From: Patellaria atrata CBS 101060
Taxonomy: Eukaryota
Reading direction: 5' to 3'
Assembly (NCBI GenBank): GCA_010093705.1
Contig: MU006112.1
Coordinates: 62,001-126,000 of the forward strand
DNA length: 64,000 bases
Shown here: positions 49,188 to 62,186 of the stretch, in pieces
Position numbering within the stretch: the first letter of the stretch is position 1
Layout: each line of letters opens with the position of its first letter
Notes under the pieces: model-generated
Told to the model about the DNA's origin: nothing
The model's input: only the letters and a program-made list of their open reading frames with translations
The model's database searches: none
Translations under genes and position numbers: made by a program

Positions 49188-50039
49188 ATGGCATCGACTC
49201 ACAATTCACCCGCCATGAGCAACCTCGATAACCATCACATCAATTCTATGTCAAACACTCAAACCAGTACCGGGCTTCGGACTTCTTCTTCGCGCAAAGG
49301 CACTTTCGAAACCAAAATCACTTCTCATCATGGGCACTCCAACCACTCGGGAAGCCGCCGGTCCTCCCAATCCCGCTCGATCTCTTCTTCGTCACATCCA
49401 AGCTCCAAACGCTCCCATCACTCTCGACCTACTACATACCACCGCGCGCGAACCTCTCCATTAACACCCAAGCCAAAACTCGACGAAGCTCAAGCCTTAG
49501 CGCTTCACCAACGTAGCTGTGCCATCTTTCAGACTGTCTCCGGCCCCTATCCTGTTCGTAGCGGCGCGTCATCCATTAAATCGTTCCCTACTACCACTGT
49601 AACAACCTCTCCAATTACACAAATCTCACCTACCTCCTCCCCCTTCCGCGAAAATGGTACCGCTTTCTATTTCAGAAACCAGCCGAGCTTTTGCCGGGAA
49701 GCCGATGAAGAACCCGATGTGGATCCTTGTGCTCATTTTCCTCCTACCGCTAAATACTACACCTTGCCCGAGACACGTCACCGCGAATATGCTCATATCG
49801 AGAAGTGGTCCAAAGGCTGGCGTGCCGTCTGGCGCAAAATTGCACCCAAGTGTGTTGCCGGTGGTGACAGGATCGGTTTCTATCACGGAAAAGGAGGAGA
49901 TGGCAGCAGTGTGAGGAGATATCGCGTGGATGTACCCGATGACGATGAGGCAGAGGAGAGTAGTATGGAAGAGGATGAGAAGAGAGGTTTGACCAAGATG
50001 GAGAAGCAAGACAAGAAGAAGGTATGGGGTTGCTTCTGA
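49188..50039 (+). CDS. Hypothetical protein, Ser/His-rich N-terminus, conserved-looking C-terminal block
   Basis: 283-aa ORF. The YYT..ETR.REY..I.....GW...W.K..P and GFY......SSVRRYR.D block resembles conserved filamentous-fungal hypotheticals. Confidence 0.7.
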   Translation: MASTHNSPAMSNLDNHHINSMSNTQTSTGLRTSSSRKGTFETKITSHHGHSNHSGSRRSSQSRSISSSSHPSSKRSHHSRPTTYHRARTSPLTPKPKLDEAQALALHQRSCAIFQTVSGPYPVRSGASSIKSFPTTTVTTSPITQISPTSSPFRENGTAFYFRNQPSFCREADEEPDVDPCAHFPPTAKYYTLPETRHREYAHIEKWSKGWRAVWRKIAPKCVAGGDRIGFYHGKGGDGSSVRRYRVDVPDDDEAEESSMEEDEKRGLTKMEKQDKKKVWGCF

Positions 50040-50859
50040 AGTCGAAAGAAAGGCCACAATGATGCTGTTAAGGATGAATGATGATACTAATGATTTCCTT
50101 ATGTGGAGATACCCAAATCTGTTCTGTTTACATCTTCAGAAAAGCATACCACATGTGCTTTCTCTCCTCGTCTTCTGCTATCCAAAAGCGTTGATGATTG
50201 GATCTCATACCCGCTAGGTCAAAGATCCCTTTCAAGTAAATAGTTTACCGTAGGTTAAGATATTCCTGGACACATACTAGCTAGCTGTTCTAGCTGAATA
50301 ATAATCCTCCTCAGATACATTGCTGGATGCCGTGCGTGACTTCTATTCATCAGTTACTTCTTTCGGCTAGTTCTAGTTCTAGGCGATGACATCCTTACAC
50401 CAACAACGCCTGAGCGGGACGGCCCGATGACGAATACGAGAATATATCATCTTCCAACAAAATTCTACGAAGTTCAATAGTACAATATGTAAGGGCTCTT
50501 GGGTAAAAAAGCGCCGTGCTCATCCGAATCGAAGTATTCGATTAGTTGTCGTGGAGTTCTAGGTACCCACCAACGAGCATTTCGGCGACATTTTTCCTCC
50601 ACAGTTTCCTTCTTTAGCGATCCAAAAGCTTACCAATAACCAGATACAGCAAAAATCTTACTTCGTTCTCTGTAGCCAGAGATCTTTATTCCCCAGTATA
50701 CTCTGCCCCAACAGACCCCACGGGTCCAACATCAGACCCCCAACCATGAACGTAGCTTAAGAAAAGGGTCCGAGATACTCGTACACTAACATGCCATCAC
50801 AGAACACAGTATAAGGAGAACTCACTCACCACCCTTTATCCCCAAACCCCCCATCAACA

Positions 50860-51504
50860 ATGACCACAGCTACAACCCAGACCATAACCCCACCCGTCTC
50901 CCTCCCCTTCCGCCCTCCCTCCTTCCTCCCTCAACCAAACGAACAACCCTTCACCCCTCCCCCTTCCTCCGTCCTCCTAGGCACCTGGTCCCTCCTGCAC
51001 ACCTCGAACCCCTACTGGTCCGACAAGCGGAACGTCACATTCAGCTATTCCCTCCCATCAACCCCTTCCAAACCCCCAAACCCCATATCCCAAGCTTCCT
51101 CCCTCGACCCCACCCCCCAACCCACCTACACCGTCCGCGCCTCTTACCAACCCCTCGCCTCCCCCACCCTCAAGACCATGCTCGGCCACGACACCCCGCT
51201 CCCCTCTCCGGGCTCGTTCCGCTGGCGCGGCGCCGGCTGGCTGCGTCTCGCGACCGCGAGGTGGGAGATCCTGGGTCACGGGAAGGAGGGCGGGACGGAG
51301 TGGATGGTTAGTTTCGTGGAGGGGAATTTGTTTTCCGCCGCGGCGGTTAATGTGTTGGTAAGGGATGTTGAGGGGGGTGGAAAGGGGGGAAGAGACGGGG
51401 GGAGGGAAGAGGTTTTGGAGGCGGTTTTGGAGGCGCTGAGGGGGGTTTTGGAGGGGCCGGGGGAGATGGGTGGAGCGGTGCGGGATGTGGTGTGGGATTT
51501 GTGA
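50860..51504 (+). CDS. Lipocalin/calycin-like hypothetical protein
   Basis: LLGTW (lipocalin GxW), W..KRNVT..Y, F.WRG.GWL...T..WEILG and WMV.F....F..A motifs. Confidence 0.75.
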   Translation: MTTATTQTITPPVSLPFRPPSFLPQPNEQPFTPPPSSVLLGTWSLLHTSNPYWSDKRNVTFSYSLPSTPSKPPNPISQASSLDPTPQPTYTVRASYQPLASPTLKTMLGHDTPLPSPGSFRWRGAGWLRLATARWEILGHGKEGGTEWMVSFVEGNLFSAAAVNVLVRDVEGGGKGGRDGGREEVLEAVLEALRGVLEGPGEMGGAVRDVVWDL

Positions 51505-52119
51505 TGGGGTTGAGGCTTGAAGGGAGAGTTCTGCTCTTGGGGACGTATGGGACTTACCTTGTTGGAATTGGGGTGGGACTGGGCTTGGTTGGGCACGCGG
51601 GTGGTTAGATCATAGGGGTTTTGTAACTTCGAATGGGGAATGTGTGAAAGGTATATTCGGATACACGCGAACTGCTGATTACTGGGTATACGTCGAAGCC
51701 GGTAGATATTGTGTTATAGTCACGAACTGGGGAGTATCGAATACGCCAGTATAAACCGGTGAGTACCCGGTAGGCGCTTCTCGAGAAGTATCGGATACAC
51801 ACGATGGGTATTCGGGAGTATCGAGTACAGATATAACGAAACGTAGGAGGGTATGGATGAGAAATATACTACTACTATATCTCCAGGCTAGTTTCTATAA
51901 TTAGATCTCGGGTATTAACTCAAGCTAGAGTATCGATTCTGAAGGAAAAGATTTCCGGTTATTAACGTCTAATATTAAGTTTCGGGAAGTCGCGGGTTCT
52001 AGTTAACACTTAGACATAGATATATCGGATAAAGGATTATATTCTTTGATTCAAATTCCTCTAGAGCTAAGTACCCCTTTCCTTAAGGCCCAAGATTTTA
52101 CCTTCTACCCTCTTCACAC

Positions 52120-53199
52120 CTAACCAGTCCACACGGGCGGACCTGGTGGAGTGTAAGAAGGGGGATTGGCCATCGCCTTTTCCGGCACCCAGAGGCCTCG
52201 GTCGAAGTTGTCGTAGCCGCCCGGAAACTTAATAGTAGGTCCAGGAGTTCCTACGGCATATCAGCTTCCAGGATCTGACATAAGATTCATAGATGAGATC
52301 GGCGAACTTACCACCTCCGGGTCCTACAATCTCGACATGCGCACAATTCTGATAGTACTGCGTATTATTGAAGTACGTGTTGAGAAAGATGTGCTCAAAC
52401 CGCAGCAGGTATTTGCCAGGCGGTGTTGTCTTTGGGATGGTGAATCTGGCCTGCGTGTGGCTATCAGATACCTCGTATCTTGCTTATGGGGAAATAGAAG
52501 TATCGCTTACCTGGGTTTCTCCTAATAAGGCCCACTCCGTATCGCTCTTCGATGTTATCGACGCAATCTTGAACCAATCTCCATCTCCTACGTAAGTCTC
52601 AAGGTCCGCCGGGGCCTTGGATAAGTACGCTTGTCCTGGGCCGGGGTGGAATATGTCCGGATACTGAAGGTAATCCGTCAGGAATGCGACCTGGCTGGGA
52701 TGGTTGGTCAGAAATATCTTACGAATATATTTTCCCACCTCTCGAAGCCGACTTCATCCCCAGCCTCCACGATGGCAGTTTCTGTTGTCGGTCCTGACCT
52801 CGCTGCTTGACGGCCGCAACGCATGGTCTCGTGGTACAGATCGTAGTGGGGTGAAATCATGCCATAGTCTGCATTAATGAGGGGGTCTCGAAAGACCTTC
52901 CTGAAATGTCATTCCGTTAGAAGAGAAACATTTTAGGAGATGGTATATTTGACAATCTGAAAGATTTAAGGAATACGGTGAACAACGAACAGACGTACCT
53001 CACGTATTTCCAGTCTTCTGTGACAGTTCCATTGACTATCAATTTAGAAAACGTGTCTACAACAGTTTCAATCAGCATTCGTTGACGTCTTTTAAAAGAA
53101 ATAGTGGTCCTCTGTATAGGTGTTCTAGGGGAACATACAATGAGCATCTACACCCTGAGCAGTTAAGCCTAATGCTATTGAGAATAGGGACTTCCTCAT
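52120..53199 (-). CDS. AA9 (GH61) lytic polysaccharide monooxygenase, no CBM
   Basis: Exons 53199-53139, 53056-52999, 52900-52739, 52694-52511, 52450-52312, 52250-52120. Signal peptide then His1 (HYTF), HPGP..AYLSKAP, GDGDWFKI, PPGKYLLR.EH, QYY..CA, PGPPVWTG. Confidence 0.93.
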
Positions 53200-54305
53200 A
53201 TTGAATATTTCTTGACCTCAACGAAACTAGGCAGAATAATGAATCTCTGCAACTGACATTCATTGTATATAATAAATTCTTTAGAAAATCCATGCTCTTC
53301 TGACTGAAATTAACGCCGACGGAATAGATATCAGTCGGAGGTTACTGGAGCCCTTCGTAGTCACCCTGCATCGTGTAAACGCAACACTTGCATGATCTAT
53401 TCTTCGACATATTGAACCCCATGAGACCAGGGCATTAATGCGGGGAGATATAAGGTCCAAGAAGATGCGTAGATTGTGGGGAATCCTAGGGTTTGGGTTT
53501 CCACGGTCTTGAGTCTTCTTACAAAGAGCATTGTAGTAGGGGGAATTCGGTCCCGCTTAGTTGCGATTGGGTACAGTACAATTTCATGATACAAGGAGTA
53601 AATGGTACGGCTAAATGCCTATTCCATGATATTTCCGTTAAACCCGTTTCTGCTGCAGGAACCCTATAAGCTGAATCCTGACCAATAAGACTGGGTTGCT
53701 GTAAACCACCTAAGTATCTATTATATGACTTGACAGCAAACTTAAATACATCATACTGAAAGCGTATATACGACTAGGAAAAGTGGTCAGTACTACAGTA
53801 TAATCGTTATAATATGCGTTCGTATTACGAGAAGAGGAGAGTCCTATCCCGAGATCTCAGATATCACACGACAATATACTTAAAGGATATTGATGTATAG
53901 GCAATAGAATCAAAATAACGGTAACGGAACCGGTAAACAACTTACCTCCGTACGAAAGCATCCTTGATATATCAATCTCAATCCATGGCTAACCCCAGGC
54001 CCGGTCCTTCATATCTCCTCGAAAGATACTAAACTTAGCGGTTAACACTTCTCGTAAACCATCATTCATTTAGACCTCTATTGGGCTTCGGAATCACTAC
54101 CGTATTGGGACTGTTGGGTGGAAATGCTGATATACGACTCTGCACTGGAACGCCATATTTACCTGGAATTGAGAACCAATGACCTTAACACAGGATATCT
54201 TTTTATGGTATTATACAAATAGTACCGAATGCACCATTTTTAAGAGCGCGCATTGAGATCATCTCTCTATCTCAGGTATCTCATCTGGCAAACTTCGTGA
54301 GCGAA

Positions 54306-55062
54306 ATGATGCGCTTCTCCTTTTCAAATGGCTCGATCTTGGGGCTATCCTTACTGTTGTCACTCGCGCGAGCAGCCACACCTGATACCCTTGAAATATT
54401 CCGTATAGATTACTACCATTGCCCAGCCGGTGCTCAAGTGGTTATTCCAGCAGACAACTCCAGAATTGACATCACTTATGGCGCAACGGGTTCAGGCAAG
54501 AGCATCGCAGCTTACGGACCAGATGTTCCGACCTCCCTTAATAGCCAAACCTGCTACGTGCGCGTCGAGTTTCGGTCCTCGCAAATGGAGTTTAAAGTAG
54601 CGATACCGGAAATCGATATCCAAGGAAGCGCGAGGCTGGACTCTGGAACAGAGGCCACAATCGAGACATTTCTGGCTTGGGACAGAAGGCCTAATGGGGT
54701 CAGCAATGCATACTTTCATAGCAGAATCAAATACTGACCTAGTTCAATAGCAACAATTCAGCACACTCCACATCGTCGGACCAAAGAAGAGTGAGGATGC
54801 GAAATTTGTGACTAATGTCGTCAACACGACCAATATCGTATTTCCGAAGTGTAACACAGACGGTAACCCATGGACTCATACTATCAATCTACAGACGAAA
54901 TTCAAGGTGTCTGCGGAACCTGGGGCTCCTGCATCGGCTGCAGGTGAGCTGGGAGACAATACGACTTTATTGCAAAGCGTGAAGCTTTTCTGGGGAGATG
55001 ATTGCCCTCAGCATGAATGTGTAGATCGGGATGGAGAGCCTATTCCATCAACTTGCTTTTAG
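54306..55062 (+). CDS. Secreted DUF4360-like protein
   Basis: Exons 54306-54698 and 54751-55062. Signal peptide, CPAG, A..GP.......C...V.F, G.A.LD.G..A motifs, six Cys. Confidence 0.75.
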
Positions 55063-55748
55063 ACAATTTATCCATCTACATTTTTCAGTACATGTTTGTT
55101 TAATGCGTAGTGACATTATTCATGTATGTGAGGACGTTTACAAGGTGATCTTTTTAGAAATCAAGTCGGTAAGGCGACAGATCGATTGATACAAGAACTG
55201 GTAGGGACATATGAAAGAAAAACTTCGAAAGCTTACTGACAGCAGAGGTTGGTAGCTCTATAGACAGCTAGAAAACTTAGAGAAAAGGACTTTTCACTAT
55301 ATAATTTTAACTTTCTTATGTCAAAAGGGACATCGCATGTGGATTGACAAAAAAAATTGAGCTGAATCCGGGTCAACTTCTCACCTCCAGACAATTCTTG
55401 ATCGATGATATTATCCCTCTTCATGAAGATCGTATCTATCCCAGAAGGGATCAGGTCTCTGAGAAGGGAACCAGAGCTCTAGCTTGGACCCACCCTTTAC
55501 CTTCGCTACATTTGCGACCTACGGGCAATTTTGGGCCTTAGACGTGCTTCCAAAATGATCTCCTTACTCACAAGAGCCCAAATCTAAACTGGCCTCACCG
55601 AGTGTACGGGAAAGTGGGCCAAGCGAACCAGCAAGAATCCACTGTCCATAGTCCTTTACCTCTTGCGCTGTTCATTCCATCTAGAAAATGACTATATCTC
55701 GTCTTTCTGATCGTTAATTCGAAGCGTCACCATCGGCGATGAGAACCA

Positions 55749-57340
55749 TCATGTTTTCGACATCGAATGTCTTTTCGACCTCGCCCTCTGGACGGCCTTA
55801 TCATCCTGCTCGATTCTCCACGAGCAACCCTCCGCAAATTCGCAGAACCGGCACTTGAACGCCTCCTCAATGTCTACGCCCTTCGCCAGTCTCTGACCCT
55901 TCCACCAGTCCATTGTGTCCTCCGTGTAACGGTAAAGACTAAGTTCATCGTATCGGAATATTTTGGACCCAATGATAGAACCATCCTCAGAGTTTCGAAA
56001 TTCGGCTCGAAGAGTATTACTTATGGATGCGGGCCCGGACACTGTTTTACTATATTCCTGAATCATGAGCGGCCACAAACTCAGAAGGTTGGCATGTTCT
56101 AGAATTTCAGACAGTGTATCTCCGGGGATGGATAAATTACTAGAACCTGGTTGAGAAGGTTCGTCGTCCAATGTGAAGTTCAAATTGCCCATTTGCGCAA
56201 TGAACTCATCGGAGAAGTTTGCTTCAGGATCCAGATTATACCGAGCGAAAATCGATGACGGATTGAGTCGACCTAGAGCTATATCCTCGAAAAGTTTTCG
56301 GTAGAGCATAAGTTGCATTATAGTGGGACGAAGCGAGGAGCCATTAGGGAGCGTTAAACTTCGTCTCGTCTTCACATCTGAAATATACAACTGTCTTTCC
56401 CCTTGTGAGTTTCTTGTCGATTTGGGCGGTGGTTTTTGAAACTTAGCCCAGTCTTCGAGAGACATTTGATATCCATCCGGTAATAAGGGCTTTTCTTCCT
56501 TGAAATCTTCCGGACCATCAAATGAGAGCTCATCAATAACTCCATTGATGACTTCGCCATCAACCAGACCCCATATCTCAAGCTCTCTTGTTATTCCAGT
56601 AGCTCTCAATGTCCTTAGTCCCTGAATAACATTCCAAAATTTTAGACCCCATGCATCTTCTTTCGTCTGCACATCAACCGGCACTGCTATATGAATCTGC
56701 TCTTCAAGGACCTTGTGTATTCTTGAGCCTTGCTTCATAGCGGGCGTTTGTTGCTTCTTACCATGTTTGGTAAGGGTGTACCAGTATTGTAGTTCGCACC
56801 ACGCAGGAGATACTAAGTCAGTAACCGACAATGGCTTTTTTGGAGGCAGGCGGAAACGCTCAAGGGGTGATCGGGTGTCCTCTGCTTCAGGGATTTGCTG
56901 CTCTGGCTCCTCCGTATCAGATCGTCTTCTAGTAATACTGGTCTCACTTGGTACTGCGCGCTGTCAGCATGTCAGCACCTGTAGCACGTAATCCACAGTA
57001 CAGTATCGAACGTACAGCGCGTCTGCGACTTCGACTTCCGGTGCTCGCCCACCTCAACTGATTCGGGGTGCTCTTTTTCGTTCTCCGCGAGATTCTCAGT
57101 ATTATGACTGAGACCATAGTCTTCTGAGGTTTGGGAAGACCTCGGAACGTGAGCAACAGAGGAGCTCGCTGGCCCGTCCTCAATGCTTTCAAGCACGAGC
57201 GTTTTCGCTCCAGTGAGATCGAACTTTGATAAGATCCCATTCACAGCATCTTCACCTTCTGTGTCGAACTCCGACCCGTAGTCGCTGAGCTGCTCAATCA
57301 AAGGATACAATTCTCCCGAGCCGTTGTTTGCAGTCGTCAT
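55749..57340 (-). CDS. EXO5: Exonuclease V (Fe-S, Cas4/RecB-like fold)
   Basis: Exons 57340-57016 and 56953-55749. LSVTDLVSPAWCE.Q, G..IH..LE, G.IDEL, ISDVKTR, QLMLY, CRFCEFAEGC. Confidence 0.93.
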
Positions 57341-57708
57341 GGATGCTGAACTGTAGTATTCAGGATTTGATCAGTCTCGCGGGAAGGTTATGATGTCGAT
57401 TCGCTACAACAGCGACTCCGCGGGTAATATGATGAATCGTACTATGCATCAAATAGAAGTCCTAGAATATCGTGAATTTGATAGCTCTTTCAGCCCTAGC
57501 CATCTCAGTTCAGTCAAAGAAGCTTTTTGCCACGCATGCACGTCGTGCCTGCATTCCAGCGTCCCGGTTCCCGTCAACCGAACCTGATCGCACGCAACAC
57601 CGCGGCCAAAAGTCAGCGGACTATTGCAACACATCAGCAGAAATGTGACTCCCTCTCCCCACAATCCACCAGCAGCATCATGTTTACTCTAATCGCAACC
57701 TATCCGCC

Positions 57709-58575
57709 ATGATATTCAGCCTAGGGCGACAACAAGCCCTCCGACACCGTAGTTTCCGTCCCTCGACCGCTTTCAGAACCAGACGATACCAATCTACGCG
57801 GCCACATCAGCCCTCAGGCGAAAGTAACGCATCAAGGCCATCGCAAGATGCGACACCAAAGACGATACCAGGACCTGCGTGGGTCTGGTTAGAACCTCTC
57901 AGCACACCTTTCCGTTACTATAGCAGGGCGCAATCACGGCGTCCATACGTAACTCAACTGCTGAGCACGCTGGTAATATACTTCCTTGGGGACCTATCTG
58001 CGCAGTACATAACCCGTAAGGATGAGAATGGGAAGATGGTGTACTCGCCGGCTCAGACAGCCAGAGCACTGCTCATCGGCGGCCTGGCCTCGATCCCGGG
58101 CTACCGCTGGTTCGTCTGGCTCGGGAACTCATTCAACTATCGCTCGAAGATACTATCACTAGTAACGAAAGTGGGCGTGAATCAGATTGTGTTTACTCCA
58201 ATCTTTAACAGCTACTTCTTTGGGATGCAGAGTCTGTTGAGCGGTGCCTCTTTCTTTGAGATTGTGGAAAGGATCAAGCATACTGTTCCCGTGAGTTGGG
58301 TCAATAGCTGTAAGCTGTGGCCAGCGGTTACTGCTTTCAGTTTTACATTTGTGCCGTTTGAGTTTAGGAGCATATTTGCTGGTAAGCGTTGAACAAAGAA
58401 ATATGCGTTTGGGAAAGTGACTAATGATCATCTTTCAGGTGTTATTGCCATCGGTTGGCAGACTTATTTGTCCCTTGTAAATCAAAGGGCTGCGAAACAA
58501 GAAGCTATTGCACATGGAGTTGAGAAGAGCGAAGCAGTGGTTCATGATAAACATAGTAGACTTGCTGCAATATGA
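57709..58575 (+). CDS. Mpv17/PMP22-family mitochondrial membrane protein (Sym1-like)
   Basis: Exons 57709-58381 and 58439-58575. Arg-rich presequence, GDLSAQ, KV.VNQ..F.P, WP, WQTYLS motifs. Confidence 0.9.
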
Positions 58576-59033
58576 GGTCAACCCAGTCAAAGCATAGATA
58601 TTTTCTTCAGTTCGTGATTATGCAGAGCGTTAGACATACCATAGAGATTTCGGCATTTCAGAAAGCGTTGGCTCTTTTGCATCACGCATGATTAGGAATA
58701 TATATTTATGAACAATTCATGTGATATATCAGCAACACGTTGTTTGTTTGTTTTTATAAAACCACGAAATTAAATAATGGCGAGCAAAATGTAAAGTTGT
58801 AATAGACTTTCGTCATTCATTGAGGGTATGCATTAATATACAAATGCAGCAAGCACCACCCTCCGGTGCACCAGAGTTCCGAACCATTTCCATCGTCCCG
58901 AATGAATCACACCACCAACGCCAAAGTAAACCCCAATCCGATACCTTCTCAGATGACTGCCATGAAACGCTGGCCAGCTTTCAGATTTGTCGAACAGACA
59001 TCAGAGATGGATAGATTAGAAAGAGATAGTCAT

Positions 59034-59633
<600 letters not shown>

Positions 59634-60141
59634 TGCGATTGATTTTTGTATGTATGAAGTTGAGAGTTGATGAAGTTGTTGTGTTGTTGATGAAAATAGC
59701 TGATGATGTGTTGGGTGGAGTGGAGTGGAAGAAGAAGGGAGAGCGGAGCGAGTAAAGAAGTCTTATGGTAAATGGCGGGGGGCGAGCTGGATCACAAAAA
59801 CTTTCAAACAAAAGTGCAGCTGCCTGGGGGCGTAAAAGATCGTTCCAAACTTGGAAATGTCAACTTGGCAAAGCCGCAAGACCGTAACTTCCTTTTCCGA
59901 GATCAGCATCTTAAGCGAGCTCAACAACAACACCTGAATAGGGAAAGCGCGAAAACGTGTTGATCTTGTTTGTGATCCGACGCGTCCACGCATCCAGCAC
60001 ATATGCCATATCATTCTCCATTTTATCTAAACTTCTAAAAACACAAGCAATCCATCCAACTCTCAAGCATCATCAGCCACTCTCCACACTACAACCAAAC
60101 ATCCTCATCAACAACTTTATCTTTTACTTTCCTCTATCAAA
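59634..60141. promoter_or_regulatory. Bidirectional H3-H4 promoter with MCB/SCB-like sites
   Basis: 508-nt divergent spacer with CGCGAAA at 59948 and ACGCGT at 59980. Confidence 0.6.
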
Positions 60142-60583
<442 letters not shown>

Positions 60584-61283
60584 GCGTTGTTCTTTTTGCA
60601 TGTCTCTTACGAATCTTCTGCATGGGCCTCCGTCATGGGCTTGAGGCGGATCTTTATGGAGTGGATGGGTCAGGTCTATGGTCTGCGGTTGTATCATACC
60701 TCTTACGGGTCATTGGAGTTCAAACGGAATTAAGGAAATGATACCAGAATAATTTCAAACAAAGCTGTGCCTCTGTACTCCTGTGATGTCGCGTCTTGTT
60801 GTGTTTTTGTCATCGCGTTGTCCCAATTTGTGGTGAGTCTGGATATGAGTGTTTTAATGTACTCAATACTTTCCGTCATCCATTGCTCTGTCATAAAATT
60901 TACAGGGCATGAATGATGTTACTCATCCATCGAAGGTGATCGCACCACTGGATGTAGAAGTTGAGGATCTCTCACCCTGTCCGGTAACTTGACGTTCCTT
61001 CGCTTCCGCCAGAATCCAGAACAGTAAGAAACATCAACTTACCTTCCAGGTTCCATCAACAACAGTAACAAATATAGACAATGTGGAAAGCGACTTCCTC
61101 AATGATATCCGATATCAAAACAAAAATGCCTTCTAGTGCCTATGTAGGTATCTACCGTTTCTTAAACAGTCATACTGCACTTTCATCCAAATTTCCTCCC
61201 CATTACATCATCAGTAGATCAGAAGCCAGCTCCCTACAGTCAGCATCCATAAAATAAAAACAGCCGCGGCCCATCACAGTCAA

Positions 61284-62186
61284 ATGTTCAACTTCAGCTC
61301 TCCCATCCCTCTCCCCAAACCCTCATCCACCAAAACCCGTCTAGATTCCAAAACCATGGCTCTCTCACCACCCCCGCGCGCCCTCCTCTTCGACGTCTTC
61401 GGCACATGCGTAGATTGGCGTACCACCGTAACAACCGTGCTATCCCATCAAGCCCACTTCGTCCTCAACGCAGCAACCTCCTCCCTGGCGACTACAGTGC
61501 GGATGCGAGCCTCTTCCCTCACCGCCGAAGACTGGGGCCGGTTCGCGCAGCAGTGGCGGGACAGCTACATGCGATTCACCCGCTCGATCGCGCAGGACGA
61601 GTCCGCGCCGTGGAAATCCGTCGACGAACACTATCTCTCATCTCTACGGGAGCTACTGCAAACCTGGCAGCTCGAGGGCTTGTGGACGGACGAGGAGACC
61701 CGCACGCTGAGCTTGATATGGCACCGGCTTGACCCATGGAGTGACGCCGCACGTGGGATAGAGGAGCTGAATAAGCTCTTCTACACGTGTACGCTGAGCA
61801 ACTCCAATTCGGGCCTGCTGAATGACCTTAAGGCTTATGCTAAGCTGGAGTTTACTCATGTCTTTGGCGCTGAGGAGTTCGGGACGTATAAGCCTCATGA
61901 TAGGTTTTATAGGGGCGCGGTCGAGAAGTTGGGTCTGCAGCCGGGCGAGTGTGCACTGGTTGCCGCGCATCTTTACGATCTGAAGGCGGCCAAGGCGTGT
62001 GGGATTAGGACGATATATGTAGAGCGGCCGCTTGAGGAGGACTATTCGGTGGAGGATGTTGCGAAGGCGCGTCAGGAGGGCTGGGTCGACTTGTGGCTTG
62101 GTGCGGATGAGGAGGGGTTTATTACTGTCGCTGAGAGATTGGGAGTTGATGTTAATCGGGAGAGAAAGCGTAGTGTGTCGCATTGA
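61284..62186 (+). CDS. HAD-superfamily hydrolase, haloacid dehalogenase type II-like (start may be ATG 61356)
   Basis: LLFDVFGTCVDW (motif I), WHRLDPW.D, LSNSN, YKP, LVAAHLYDL.AA...G.RTIYV.R. Confidence 0.92.
   Translation: MFNFSSPIPLPKPSSTKTRLDSKTMALSPPPRALLFDVFGTCVDWRTTVTTVLSHQAHFVLNAATSSLATTVRMRASSLTAEDWGRFAQQWRDSYMRFTRSIAQDESAPWKSVDEHYLSSLRELLQTWQLEGLWTDEETRTLSLIWHRLDPWSDAARGIEELNKLFYTCTLSNSNSGLLNDLKAYAKLEFTHVFGAEEFGTYKPHDRFYRGAVEKLGLQPGECALVAAHLYDLKAAKACGIRTIYVERPLEEDYSVEDVAKARQEGWVDLWLGADEEGFITVAERLGVDVNRERKRSVSH

Noticed and set aside
50383..50440. GATGA/CTGA boxes suggesting a C/D snoRNA
   Set aside because: Imperfect box C, no terminal box D, and no rRNA-complementary guide that I could recognise.
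55749..56831. Cas4-like Fe-S nuclease motifs suggesting a CRISPR link
   Set aside because: It is eukaryotic Exo5 with an intron; there is no repeat-spacer array in the window.
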